A DNA stretch of 63,357 nucleotides, the filler included, from Octopus bimaculoides (lineage: Eukaryota), in assembly GCF_001194135.2 (NCBI RefSeq). It is 9 parts of 9 records of this genome, joined end to end, with 100 filler letters (N's around TTAATTAATTAA, not from the genome) between each part and the next. Parts side by side here need not be neighbours in the genome. Positions count along the whole stretch, not along the records: positions 1 to 14,316 come from NC_069007.1; positions 14,417 to 20,586 come from NC_068987.1; positions 20,687 to 39,112 come from NC_068989.1; 6 more parts are not named here. One strand, given 5' to 3'. This document shows, piece after piece, positions 13,281 through 25,513 of this stretch. How positions within the stretch are numbered: position 1 is the stretch's first letter; the number at the start of each line of letters is the position of its first letter. The translations under genes and the position numbers were made by a program. Under the pieces are notes generated by a model. It did no database searches, was not told the origin of the DNA, and worked only from the letters and a program-made list of their open reading frames with translations.

Positions 13281-14814
13281 GGGCAAGGGATACATAGTAC
13301 TGAGGAAAACAATAAGCCACCCAAATGGAAAAGCCATGGTGTTTGTTCTGCCCAAATCACACAGATGCTCCCTTGTTATTATAACCAATGGATATGCCAT
13401 GAACCAGTCACTTGTAGCTACAATTTCTAAAAGCCAGAGAATCCACATGGAGACGACTATCAAAGTTGTTTCATGTGTCCTTCCTTTTTTCCTAAGTCAG
13501 TATGGTAATTTAGCTGTTAATTTTAACACATTGCACAACCTTACAGAGACTTCCATTATTGTCTTATGTGTTCATCTTTTACATCAGTGTGATGGTGTTG
13601 TTGCTTAGCCAAGTCAGGTGGCTGGGTGGATAGTATACCAGATAACCAACAGTTTACTAGTCATGCACACAGTATTATGTGAAGTGACTGATGAACAAAG
13701 GCAAAATTGCGTAGTGATGAAGTCACTTCACAACTACATGATTCTGGGTTCAATACCACAGCACCTTGGACAAGTGTTTTTATACCAAAGCCTCAGGTAG
13801 TCCTTAGCCTAGAGACTGACATTTCATGCTGAAACTCACTTCCTTTGGATGCCTTTAGCAGAAACCCCTCTGTTACAAGCATTCAAACCATATTGTCTGA
13901 CTGAAGATAACATGGTCCCTTTCTTGCACCACCCTTGGAGGACTTGAAAAGTATCGAGGGTGCTGCCATTCTATGATCTTAAGTAGAACAATAATTAGAT
14001 ATATATATCTCAACCAACAATAAGTACCAAATGAATTAATATGAAATACTAATTTTATAAAAATAGAAAATTTATTAAAAATATCAAAATAATAACCATT
14101 CAATAATCCTCCCTTCCTCCATTATAATAACATGTATATTATATACAAAAAACAGCTTACATAAATTATCATTGTTTTAAATTATCTTTGTTTTAAATAC
14201 AATTTGAACGAAGTTTAAGTTTAAAATAATAATGAAGATAAAATTGGTACATATTTAACCGGTGTAATAGTTAAAGCTATACTATTTAAAGCTAAAAACG
14301 TTTATTTAATTATCATNNNNNNNNNNNNNNNNNNNNNNNNNNNNNNNNNNNNNNNNNNNNTTAATTAATTAANNNNNNNNNNNNNNNNNNNNNNNNNNNN
14401 NNNNNNNNNNNNNNNNCCTCTTTGTTTGTTTATTTCACCGTTTCGTTTTCCTGTCTTGTTTTCCGTCCGCCATTACCCTCCAAAAAAACAATTTAATTTG
14501 TGTTCGTGGGAAGAACCATTTTAACGATGCGTACTGCCTTAATTCTTCGAAACGCCGGAGTTTTAATGGTGGCAGCTGATGAAGGGGATGTTTCTATGTG
14601 GCCTGCTTGTTTGTTGCACCTTGTTTACCATTTTGTCCTTGTTCTTTTGCCACGTCATGTACTCAGTTATGTATCTATATGTACATGTAGATGAACGTAT
14701 ATACATACATGTACATATATATGCATATACTCATATATTGTTTATATATATATATATATACATACATATACATTCACATACATATACGTGTACATTAGTA
14801 TATTACATATATAT

Positions 14815-15461
14815 GAGATGCAGTTTGGGTTTGTGCCAGGGAAAAGCACCATTGATGTTATATTTCTGGTAAGACAGCTGCAGGAGAAATACCTCGCCAA
14901 AAATAAACCTCTGTACTTGGCTTTCGCTGACATAGAGAAAGCCTTTAACAGGGACTCCCAGTCCCTTATCTGGTGGTCAATGAGGAAACTAGGGATAGAT
15001 AAATGGTTAGTGAGAGCTGTACAAGCCATGTACAGGGATGCTGTCAGTAAGGTGAGGGTTGGCAACAAGTACGGTGAAGAATTTCAGGTAAGGGTAGACG
15101 TCCACCAAGGATCAGTCCTCAGCCCCCTCTTTTATTCATCATAGTACTCCGGGCAATAACAGAGGAATTCAAGACAAGATCTTCCTGGGAGCTTCTTTAT
15201 GCTGATGACCTTGCTCTAATTGCTGAGTCACTATCAGAACTAAAAGAGAAGTTTCAGGTGTGGAAGCATGGATTAGAATCGAAGGGCCTTAGAGTCAACC
15301 TAGCAAAAACTAAAGTTTTAATAAGTAGGAAGGTAGACAAACCACGAATCCCTTCAGGTAGATGGTCCTGCTTGATCTGTAGAAAAGGCATAGGTAGAAA
15401 CTCCATAAGATGCATCCAGTGTAAGCTATGGACACATAAGAGGTGCCACAATATCAAAGGA
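14815..15461 (+). mobile_element. RTE-clade LINE reverse-transcriptase fragment
   Basis: QFGFVPGKSTIDVIF...FADIEKAF...VHQGSVLSP, a frameshift near 15130, then LLYADDL (TATGCTGATGAC 15198-15209), KGLRVNLAKTKV and a Cys-rich segment. Flanked on both sides by AT-rich microsatellite. Confidence 0.92.
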
Positions 15462-16254
15462 ATATATATGTATATATGCATATATATATTATTTATATTA
15501 TTATATGATTGAATGCCACGCATCCTCTTGAAAGTAGGTTTATCTTAATAATTCTGATTCGCACTCAATACGATCTTTTTACTCTTTTGTTTTTCTCTCT
15601 TTCTCTCTCTTATTCTTTTACCTCCTCTTCTCCCACTATTCTATTCTATTACTCTGTCACTCTCTCTCTCCCTCACTCCTCCTCCCTTGCTCACATGGCT
15701 CCCACATGAACATCGGTCATCTTTCTTTCTTCTCCTAACTTGTGTTTATTTATTTCTCTCCGTTGTAGCTGGAACAAGGAAGACATGTTCTTGTCTGTCT
15801 CCTGTCCTAGCTTGATTTATGCGTTCACCACCACAACTGCGCCTGCTTCAATTAATTTTTAAAATAATGAAAAATTTACTAAAATAATTTTTTCATAGTT
15901 AAACAGGTGTTTGGAATATAAATTAGCATGAAATTTTGGTGGAAGATTTTAATTTAGACTACTTCTGAACAGGAAGTTTCTATCATAGTACTAGGAGTAG
16001 TCTCAGGTAGGTAGGTCTTAGAAAAGTTAAATGTAACCAAGAGAGAGGTTTTGGCCATGGACATAACAAAATATAATTGGAAAATATGAACCATTCATTT
16101 GGCCAACCAACCAACTGATTATACTTCTGACAGACACACAATAGACATACAACATACATTGTATTAAGAGCTGTATTAAACAACATTAGCAAAATAAACG
16201 TGCTTAGAGCATCAAGGGAAGTGGGACACCACAGAAATGGTAAATGGTTTATGG

Positions 16255-16540
16255 CAGAGGTTTTCAAACTTTTTGACTTGCGGACTCCTTTTTATTTCAG
16301 GCTTTACCTTATAAACGCTTATAAAATTTATACATAAATATTTGCTTAAAATAACATATATTTTTACATTTATTTATTTAACAGTATTTAACAAAATAGG
16401 TTTATTGTCAATTAAAAGATTTCGATTAAAAAACATATATAAAATCAAATTGCCCATAAAAAGTATTTACTGTCCACGGACCCCCTGTCTTGTCCTTGCG
16501 GACCCCCTGTGGTCCGCAGACCACAGTTTGAAAACCCCTG
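16255..16540. mobile_element. hAT (Charlie-like) MITE
   Basis: TIRs CAGAGGTTTTCAAAC / GTTTGAAAACCCCTG and an exact 8-bp TSD GTTTATGG (16247-16254 and 16541-16548). Confidence 0.9.
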
Positions 16541-16890
16541 GTTTATGGCACAAAAGAAATCAATTTAAACTGGCTAAAATAATATTCAAAGTGGTTTATA
16601 TGATTAGAAATATAATCTCAGAGTGTTCATGGTGTCATAGTGAGGATCTGATCAAAGGCTTTGCAATTAAAAAATAGTAGGAGAAATCTTTACAAGTATA
16701 AAAAAGTAGAGGTATACAAAAATAAGCATTATTTTCTATCTTACTGTTAATTTTGTTTCATTTTGAAAAATAAATATCTATTTTATGGTTTATTATTGTT
16801 AATAATTTGAATTATATAAATATGGGGGAGCCAAAATCTTTTAAGTGTTTAGGGCCTCAATGGATCTTAATCCAGCCCTGAGAGTAGCAT

Positions 16891-17113
16891 TTAACTCTTC
16901 AGCATTTAATCCAGCTATATCCAGCCCAAATCCTCTCCTTGTTTTTGTTCAAACTATCTCCAGCTTCTTACACCTACCCTACAATATCATTCCTAAAGTA
17001 AAGAGGCACATCATGAAAATCTCACAGCTATGATATAATGCATGACTAATTGAAATCAATGTGAATAAATAAGCATCATATTTGACAGAGTAATCTAAAT
17101 GCTAAAGAGCTAA
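16891..17113. mobile_element. piggyBac-type MITE (TTAA + CYCTTT...AAAGRG ends)
   Basis: TTAA-CTCTTCAGCATT ... AATGCTAAAGAG-CTAA. Homologous copies at 24894-25096 (opposite orientation), 27885-28456 (SINE inserted), 42852-43047 and near 62530-62700. Confidence 0.65.
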
Positions 17114-17381
17114 ACATCATTTTATATATGTGAGCCTGTATGGTAGACATATAAGCATGTTAAATTTACCCATTATTCTGTAGATTGGAAAAATTATAAG
17201 CAGTTTTATTTGCATACTATAAGTGATAAACACTATATATGATATCAGAGCATGTTATTAAGGAAACCTGTCCACACAGTATCAAGGTAGGATATAATAT
17301 ATGTAAAACCTGTCTAGTAGACATACAAATATGGTAAATTTACATATTTCTCTGTAGACTGAAAAAAATTGACAGTGTCAC

Positions 17382-17750
17382 TATGTGGTAAGAAGCTTGC
17401 TTCCCAACCATGTGGTTCTGGGTTCAACCACACTATGTGGAACCATGGGTGAGTGTCTTATACTATAGCCTTGCTTGGGCTGACCGAAGCCTAGTGGGTG
17501 GATTTGGTAGACAGAAACTGAAAGAAGCCTATTTGTGTGAGTGTGTGTGTGTGTGTCTCTCACCACCACTTGACAACCGGTGTTGGTGTGTTTATGTCCC
17601 TGCGACTTAGCAGTTCCGCAAAAGAGACCAATAGAACAAGCAACAGCCTAGACAAAATATAAGTACTGGTGTCGATTCAGTCAACTAAAGATCCTTCAAT
17701 GTGGTGCCCAAGTATGGCAGTAGTCTAATGACCGAAAGACGTAAAAGCAT
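17382..17750 (+). mobile_element. tRNA-derived SINE (third family, GTGGTAAGAAGCTTGCTTCCCAACCA head)
   Basis: Head GTGGTAAGAAGCTTGCTTCCCAACCA..GGTTCA, body GGATTTGGTAGACAGAAACTGAAAGAAGCC plus (GT)n. Many related copies, e.g. about 11720-11900, 26815-26960(-), 32150-32320(-), 32445-32600, 33210-33330(-), 38265-38410, 53524-53660 and 58795-58898. Confidence 0.75.
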
Positions 17751-19047
17751 CTTATTGGTGGTGGAGTGGAGCTCATCAGAAATCTCTACATCACTTGTCT
17801 AATTCTAGAGAAACAAGTAGCCATTCGATTTATATGCACATCAAATCAAGTAGCTCCAGAGAACAGGAAGTGCTAATTTGCATGCTTTATTTAATATCAG
17901 CAGCCTGTCAATAGTGAAGTCAGTTCAGACAGTATCAAGGTATGATGAAATATATGTAGACATATGCAATAGACTTACAAATATGTCAGATCTATCTATT
18001 TCTCCATTGATTAAAAATAATGATGAACAGCCTAAATCAATTTTCTACCCTTGTTAAGTAGGGGGTCTCATTGAAGTATCTGCATCACTTGATGAATTCT
18101 AGAGAAACTATTAGCCACTTGATTGATATACATATCAAATCTGGTAGCTCCAGAGAAATGGAATTACAAATTTTGCATAATGTAAGTGCTTAAAACTTTA
18201 TTTAATATCAGAGATTTGCCAATGGGGAACTCAGCCCACACACTATCAAGGTATGATGCAAGTACAAACCTACATAACAGGTATACAAATATGGCAAATT
18301 TATCTATTTCCCCAAGGATTGGAAAAAGTGATGAACATCATTAATTGATTTTCAACAATCATTGAAGTCTCATCAGAGATGTCGACATCACTTGACCAAT
18401 CTCAGAGAAACAAGTAGCAAAAGCCTAAAAGACTTATACAGCTCAGTCACAACACCTTTAAAAGAGGTACATTCACTGAAGAAGTTCTCATAATAGTAAT
18501 AGCAAGCATTTTTTTTTTACTTAAAAAAAAATAGACACCTACTCTAACAATTGCATAATGCAATAAACTAATTAAATTTGCTATCTAGACAAAAAAAATA
18601 ATAAATAAATAAATAAATAAACTTTAAAAAAAAAAGAGAAGAGAAAATATGAGTTTATTTCTATTCACTTGTTTTTGTTTCTTCATTTGTTTCTCATTGA
18701 TTTTCATTAAAAATATCTTATCTTCAAAGATACAGTCTCATTATTTTTAAATAGTATCATCTAGAATTTTCTTCTTTACTCTTTATAGCCGACTTGCAAA
18801 ACAGAATTGGTTCACAAAGTACTTAGCTTCGATATTTCTTAAGCTGTCTGATAGTTGTTCATAGTATTGATTTCTTATGTCATTGATGGAGTATTAAAAA
18901 CAGCAAAGTGCTAAACTAAAATCTATTACACACAATGTATTAATTCTTTCTCTCAATATTTTGAGTTCAACCCCCACCAGAGTCATTTCTACTTTCCACT
19001 TTTCATTCTTCTATGTCTAATAAAATCCTTTCTATTATAGACACAAG

Positions 19048-19432
19048 TGGAGGCACAATGGCCCAGTGGTTAAGGCAGCGGACTCGCGGTCATAGGATCA
19101 CGGTTTCGATTCCCAGACCGGGCGTTGTGAGTGTTTATTGAGCGAAAACACCTAAAGCTCAACGAGGCTCCGGCAGAGAATGGTGGCGGACCCTGCCGTA
19201 CTCTTTCACCACAACTTTCTCTCACTCTTTCTTCCTGTTTCTGTTGTGCCTGTAATTCAAAGGGTCAGCTTGTCACACTGTGTCACGCTGAATATCCCAG
19301 AGAACTATGGTAAGGGTATACATGTCTGTGGAGTGCTCAGCCACTTGCACGTTAATTTCACGAGCAGGCTGTTCTGTTGGTCGGATCAACTGGAACCCTC
19401 AACATTGTAAGTGACGGAGTGCCAACAACATT
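19048..19432 (+). mobile_element. tRNA-derived SINE (full length)
   Basis: Head GGAGGCACAATGGCCCAGTGGTTAAGG (A box) and GGTTTCGATTCCC (B box), with a body shared with 51180-51522 and a short ACA tail. Confidence 0.85.
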
Positions 19433-20501
19433 ATAGACACAAGTGGGGAAGAGCTAGCCAATTACATCAACTTCAGTGCTTGACTGACTTAATTTATCAA
19501 CCTAAAAATAATAAAAGGCAAAGTCAACTTCAGTGGAATTTGAACTCAGAACCCAGACAATTGAAATGTTGCAAAGTATTTTGTTTGGCATGCTAATGAT
19601 TCTGTCAGCTCGCCACCTCCAGTGTCTAATAAAATAAGAACTAATTAGGCATTNNNNNNNNNNNNNNNNNNNNNNNNNNNNNNNNNNNNNNNNNNNNNNN
19701 NNNNNNNNNNNNNNNNNNNNNNNNNNNNNNNNNNNNNNNNNNNNNNNNNNNNNNNNNNNNNNNNNNNNNNNNNNNNNNNNNNNNNNNNNNNNNNNNNNNN
19801 NNNNNNNNNNNNNNNNNNNNNNNNNNNNNNNNNNNNNNNNNNNNNNNNNNNNNNNNNNNNNNNNNNNNNNNNNNNNNNNNNNNNNNNNNNNNNNNNNNNN
19901 NNNNNNNNNNNNNNNNNNNNNNNNNNNNNNNNNNNNNNNNNNNNNNNNNNNNNNNNNNNNNNNNNNNNNNNNNNNNNNNNNNNNATATATATATATATAC
20001 ACACATCGTATATAGGTATCGGCAGTGCCGTCTGTATAAATTTGCTTTGCAACTGTGATTCTGGGACTTAGCACCATTACTGTATGTGTCATCTCAGGTA
20101 AGTGTCTTTTACTAATACGAAAGCCTCATGCTTACAAATAACCAGTGAATGAAATTTTGTTGACAGAAATTAAGTCAATATCCATTACGTGTATGTGTGT
20201 GTATCTGTGCAAGGGTATGTCTACATATATAATGTATGTTATGTATGTAAATGAGTATTAATATATTTATATAACATATATGATATCTGTGGGATTCTCA
20301 GCTTTTTTAGCTGCTATTTCTGAACTTCGGTATATGGTGAAGCAAATATTTGCTGATCCCTTAATTATATTTATAAATATATATGAGCTTTTAAATAAGT
20401 TCTCCACCAATAATGGTGCTTTCATACTGATGGGCTTGGTAAAAATTATTAATTGTTAATTGATTTATTAATTAATAAATTGATAATCCTTTACCCTTTT
20501 A

Positions 20502-20564
<63 letters not shown>

Positions 20565-20746
20565 TGTATGTATGCATGTATGCATGNNNNNNNNNNNNNN
20601 NNNNNNNNNNNNNNNNNNNNNNNNNNNNNNTTAATTAATTAANNNNNNNNNNNNNNNNNNNNNNNNNNNNNNNNNNNNNNNNNNNNTGGTCCCTTTCTTG
20701 TATCACCTAACTGTCTGGATGTTTTGTGTTCTTGTCCCATTATGTA

Positions 20747-20799
<53 letters not shown>

Positions 20800-21144
20800 T
20801 ACATGCGTATGGTGAGAATGCATAGCCTAGTGCTTGCGATATTGCACTCATGATCATAAGACCAGGGTTTCAATTCTTGTGTTGTGCTCTTGAGCTAAGC
20901 GTTCCTTTTCATGTTGTTTGGTGATCACTTCAACATCTAATGTATGGTACACCATACACCTGTTCAAGCAATGTTGATTTGATGGAAGGAGTATGCAAAT
21001 GTGCAGTACACACATTTCATCGCTGTAAACAAATCATTAGTGCAGGTTCAGCAAAAAATTGCAGAATATATATATATATGCGTGTGTGAGTCGTCTAAAA
21101 GACCATAAGTTAGGGAAAAGATGCACACGGATATCTGTCAGTAG

Positions 21145-23585
21145 AGTAGGTATATTATCTAAAATGTATAGTATTAAATATCCATCATGGCTGGTCTTTC
21201 TGATCTGTTTCGCGTAAAAAAATACAATGGAGTGGTAGGTAACAAACCGATTATATAACTTTACTCTCATCAGAGTTAGCTGATATGAAAAGTAATATGG
21301 CAACTGCTCTCTATTGTCAGAGGTGGATTATCACAACCAGTCAGTGGCTGCTGTGAAAAAGGTGGTGGAATGAAAAGATGCCAGGGGATTAATTTAGGAG
21401 TTATGTCCCTTGGTATGTTGTGAAGTCAGCAAGAGTATGGTTTACATCTTTTTATGATCTTTCACTTTATGCTGTACTCTGTGGCACTTTCTTTCAAAGT
21501 CCAGATGTGCTTGGCTAGGTTTGTGGTGTTACGTCTCTCTGGGATGTTGAAGGAGGACTTGTGGTTATTAAAGCAGCTCACCCTATAGTGCAACACCAAT
21601 GAAGTCATTACATAGTTTAAGGCCAACAGCAGTAGGAGTAGAGATATGTTTACCCAATTTGATACTGTGGACTTCTGTCCATCTATATCAAGAGAGCTTC
21701 TGTTAGAGGCATGGAACTTCACTAGATCCCACACTGAAGTCAATGACGAGGACTTATGCATTATCATGCACACCAGAAGAACCCTACTCTTCAGTAAGAA
21801 GTCTGCTTGAACCAAATGCATTGACCCAGAAGGCTCCTTTGACGTGGCAATGGGTGCTTTTAACAGTGCATGACCTAGTAGGTCTCTTCATTCTAGATAT
21901 ACTAAAAAAGAAATTCCCTTCAACTAGCTTTGACCTCTACTGGGACAACGTGCTGGCAATATCGAGGGCGGGGTCTAATGGCCACATACTACATAGGCTA
22001 AGAAAGGATCACACAGGCACCATAAACTCTCTCAGACCAAAGGTCACTATAGAGACCAGCCTGAAAATGGTGGACTTTCTTGATGTGACCCTGGACCTGG
22101 AATCAGGTGCCTATAGGTTTGTTAGGAAATTAAATGAGTTGTCTTACATTAACACAGGTTCCTGCCATCCAGCCACAGTGTTCAGGAACTTGGTTAAGGG
22201 TGTCAGCAGGAGAATCTCCAGCTGGTCTTCAAGCAAAGAGATCTTTCATGCTGCCACCCTGTACTACAACCGGTCTCTGACTGCCAGTGGTTTCAAGGAT
22301 AGTATGTTACATTTGATAGACACTTTTCCCGAACCAATAGATTCAACAAAATGTTTAATAGACATACTCTGAGATTATCCTTTAGTTGTGCACCTAGTGT
22401 AAAATAGATTTTAGTAGGTAGGCCCAGACCCGAAGTTGAGGCAGGATGCTCATGCAGGAGTAACACAACTTGTCCACTAAACGACCACTGCAATACAGAA
22501 ACAGCTGTTTACGAGGCAGAAGTAACAGCAACAGGACCCAAATGGACAACAGAGCATGCTGTAGTATGTGGAGGCAATGGAAGGCCCATTCAGAACCTGC
22601 TTTATTAACCACAAGTCCTCATTCAACATCCATGAGAGACATAACATCATAATTGTAGCTAAGCACATCTGGACTTTGAAAGAAAGTGCCATAGTGTACA
22701 GCATAAAGTGTAAGATCCAAAAAAGATGCAAACCATACTTCAATAGCAGTAGGAAGTGCAGATTTATGACTGGCTGAGACGAGAGCAATTTTAAAAGGTA
22801 CCTAATGTCTGGATGTTTACCTGAACAGCAGGAGTGAGGTGTTTAATCCGTGCCCGCATGTACTTGCATGCCCCACTATGCCTTGACCTTCCTCCAATGC
22901 CCTTGAGCTTGACAAAACGAGTTTGACCAAAACACACATCAAGGCACTCATGTACACACATCCCTATAAAGCGGACACACACACACTCCTATAAGGTGGA
23001 CATGCACACACCCCACAAAATAAACTGTTTCCCCCACCCCAACACATACCCCTTCACACAAATTGTACCCCTATATATACAGACCCCCCACACACATACA
23101 TTACACACCGCACACTAACATAAACCTCCATCCCCCACCCACAACTTTATCCTTTACAGAAAGAAAACAGACCAACAATCACAGCTATATACACCTACAC
23201 CCACTGGGAAAAATTATGCATATGACACCATTACACATACCACAAACCCCATCTCCACAGGAGCACCATATTAATAATACACACCTTCCCCACTTCAAGA
23301 TAACTCTTGCTGGCTTCACAGCATACCAAGGGACATAACTCCTAAACTAATCCCCTAGCCCATTTGTCGTTCCACCACCTTTTACACAACAGCTGCTGTC
23401 TGGTTGTGCTAATCCACCTCCAACAATAGAGAGCGGTCACATTATTCCCTTCCATATTGGCTAACTCTGATGAGTGTAAAGTTATATAATCAGTTTGTTA
23501 CCTAACACTCCATCATATGTTTTACACGAAACCGATTGGTAAAATCAGCCGTGATGGCTATTTAATACTATATTTTTTGGATAAT
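21145..23585. mobile_element. Penelope-like element in head-to-head arrangement (RT plus GIY-YIG remnants, inverted 3' copy)
   Basis: Plus strand 21592-22310: NTNEVIT*FK...FTQFDTVDFCPSIS...FDVAMG...DFLDVTLDLESGAYR...HPATVF (PLE RT). 22570-22780: FINHKSSF...AKHIWTLKE...YSIK (GIY-YIG C-terminus). Minus strand 21462-21583 repeats NNHKSSF...AKHIWTLKESATEYSIK, and 21145-21445 is an inverted copy of 23295-23585. Confidence 0.88.
23457..23551 (+). ncRNA. Hammerhead-ribozyme-like motif in the Penelope 3' repeat
   Basis: CTGATGA (23467-73), stem II GTGTAAA/TTTACAC (23474-80, 23521-27), GAAA (23528-31), stem III ACC-GATT-GGT, cleavage triplet GTA, imperfect stem I GGCTAACT/AATCAGCC. Confidence 0.6.
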
Positions 23586-23929
23586 ATATATATATAGATA
23601 TATATACATACACACACACATATAATGTAAGTGGGTTTCTGCACACATTCTGTGAACTAAGTTCCACTTGCTCTTGGTATCCCACACTAACATCATATCC
23701 AACAATGACATTATTGCAAAGTAAACTTCGTAGCCATTATGCTATATCTATGTCAATAAAATGGCGAGGAAACTTTTGGAACCTCAAATTTGAAGCTCAG
23801 TATGGACAATTCTTCAGTATAATTATCAATCACTCCCAAAATTGCAAACAAAACCCCAGCAACATTGTGGTACAGATAATGAGTTCAATAAATTTGTTGG
23901 AGTATTTTATGCAAAATATTTTATTTTAC

Positions 23930-24041
23930 CTGAAGGATCATCATTTAAATAATCACAAGTAAGGAAAATGCTGCCATTGGCTCTCTTGACAGCTGTAGCT
24001 TTACTTCCTTCCAGAGTTACGAGATTAGTTCCAACAGGTGT
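23930..24041 (-). CDS. Carotenoid oxygenase exon (too short for the ORF track)
   Basis: Acceptor attttAG, donor TCAG|GTAAAA. Encodes TPVGTNLVTLEGSKATAVKRANGSIFLTCDYLNDDPS, matching the GxNLVxLxxTxATA...G.I segment that follows RYVLPL in this family. 112 bp, phase 0 to 1. Confidence 0.88.
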
Positions 24042-24261
24042 CTAAAATATGAAAGCATTATAACCTTTCAGAATAGTGAGCAATGCAAAGTATACAGTCT
24101 AGCATCAGTGAATGAATGTTCGCTTTTGTTTTTGCTTTCCAAGGTTTTTAATATGATAACATGCATTAAAACTGATATTGTATTTTGAGAGGGTCATACT
24201 ATCAATAAAAGCACATGCACTCGTTATATTTCACTTCAGTTATATAATTAATCAATTGATC

Positions 24262-24513
24262 ACATAAAATACACCATTTTGAGCGTGGCCATTGCCAGTA
24301 CCGCCTGACTGGCCTTCGTGCCGGTGGCATGTAAAAGCACCCACTACATTCTCTGAGTGGTTGGCGTTAGGAAGGGCATCCAGCTGTAGAAACTCTGCCA
24401 AATCAGATTGGAGCCTTGTGTAGACATCTGGTTTCACCAGTCCTCAGTCAAATCGTCCAACCCATGCTAGCATGGAAAGCGGACGTTAAACGACGATGAT
24501 AATGATGATGATG
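24262..24513 (+). mobile_element. RTE-type 3' tail copy
   Basis: Same tail sequence ending GGACGTTAAACGACGATGAT. Further copies at about 11327-11510(-), 28620-28955, 37345-37655, 41540-41757, 47270-47600, 48031-48125(-), 48535-48650(-), 60630-60830, 61030-61185 and 62750-63030. Confidence 0.8.
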
Positions 24514-25264
24514 ATCAATATCAATTAGTCTATGAAACCTGGGGCCACATGGTTAGGAAGCAAGTTTACAGCCATGCCTCCACCTGTAACCATGCAAAAT
24601 GAATAGAATTAAAAAATGCATAATGTAATGATTAAAGAAATTGTTCTGTCATTTAGAGAGAGAGTCTCAGATTTATAAGAGGATTTCCCATGAAGTGGAG
24701 TGAGTGTTGTTGGCCATTCTCCATGAAAATGCTATTGTGGTCATTACCGCAGGTCACAGCTGAGCACATTACTTGCTCTGGGGTATGTAGCCCATCACCT
24801 CTTCCCACTCCATTTTACGCTTCTGTACCCCTTCCTTTTTTTCTTTTCTTTCTTTTCCTTTCTTATATCTCTTTTTTTCCTGTTACTTTGTATTTAACCC
24901 TTTAAAATTCAGATTATTCTGCCAAATGTTCATTTGAATTAATCAAGCATTGTTTAGTAGCTTCAAGATTTTGATGACTGCATAATTTTAGAACGACATC
25001 GTGAGGTAGGTGTGAAAGGCCACATCTGGCCAGTTTGAACATAAAACAGGTAGAATATTTGGCAAAGATATGGCTGGTTTAAAAGCTAAATGGTTAAATA
25101 AGAGGATGCTAATGAAGATTGTAAGATGTTTTTCTCAAGAGCTCAACGATATAAGTGAAGTGAAATAATTACAATTAGGAATAAAAACTAGAATAATAAC
25201 AGGCTCTGCTTATCATCTAAAAGTGATGTGTTTATAAAGTGTTGATGAAAATATTGCATCTTAC

Positions 25265-25513
25265 CTCTTTGTTGACATCTAGTGGGAGAACATATCGCAT
25301 AAAAAATGCAGTTGCATCAATTTCTGTGCTTTTTTCCAAACTTCTTACATAAAGACGTTGAACAACGTTTGAATCATTATAACCACATAAATCAACAACT
25401 AAATGACCTTTCTCTTCAAAGCAGTTTATAAAATGGAAGCAGAACATGTTTTCTGCACGGTACGCTATTTTCAGCCTTTCTCCATTTTCCTTTTGCAAAA
25501 CATCAAACACGAC
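25265..25513 (-). CDS. Carotenoid oxygenase exon (third iron-ligand His, FHxIN)
   Basis: Acceptor ttttcAG, donor GAG|GTAAGA. Encodes VVFDVLQKENGERLKIAYRAENMFCFHFINCFEEKGHLVVDLCGYND...MRYVLPLDVNKE (FHxINxxEE and RYVLPL motifs). 249 bp, phase 0. Confidence 0.95.

Noticed and set aside
14361-14372. TTAATTAATTAA islands inside N-runs (also 20631, 39157, 41484, 47686, 55195, 58202, 60901)
   Set aside because: An identical spacer always centred in gaps; an assembly or scaffolding marker, not biology.
14540-14590. GAAAC ... CTGATGA as a permuted hammerhead
   Set aside because: Stems I and II cannot be paired convincingly.
19048-19125. tRNA-like sequence (also 51180 and 7251)
   Set aside because: A and B boxes continue into a shared SINE body with no proper acceptor stem; SINE heads, not tRNA genes.
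23720-23800. FEVPKVS resembling oxygenase ELPRINY
   Set aside because: In-frame stop shortly after, no pyrimidine tract and no NGK.YRY motif.
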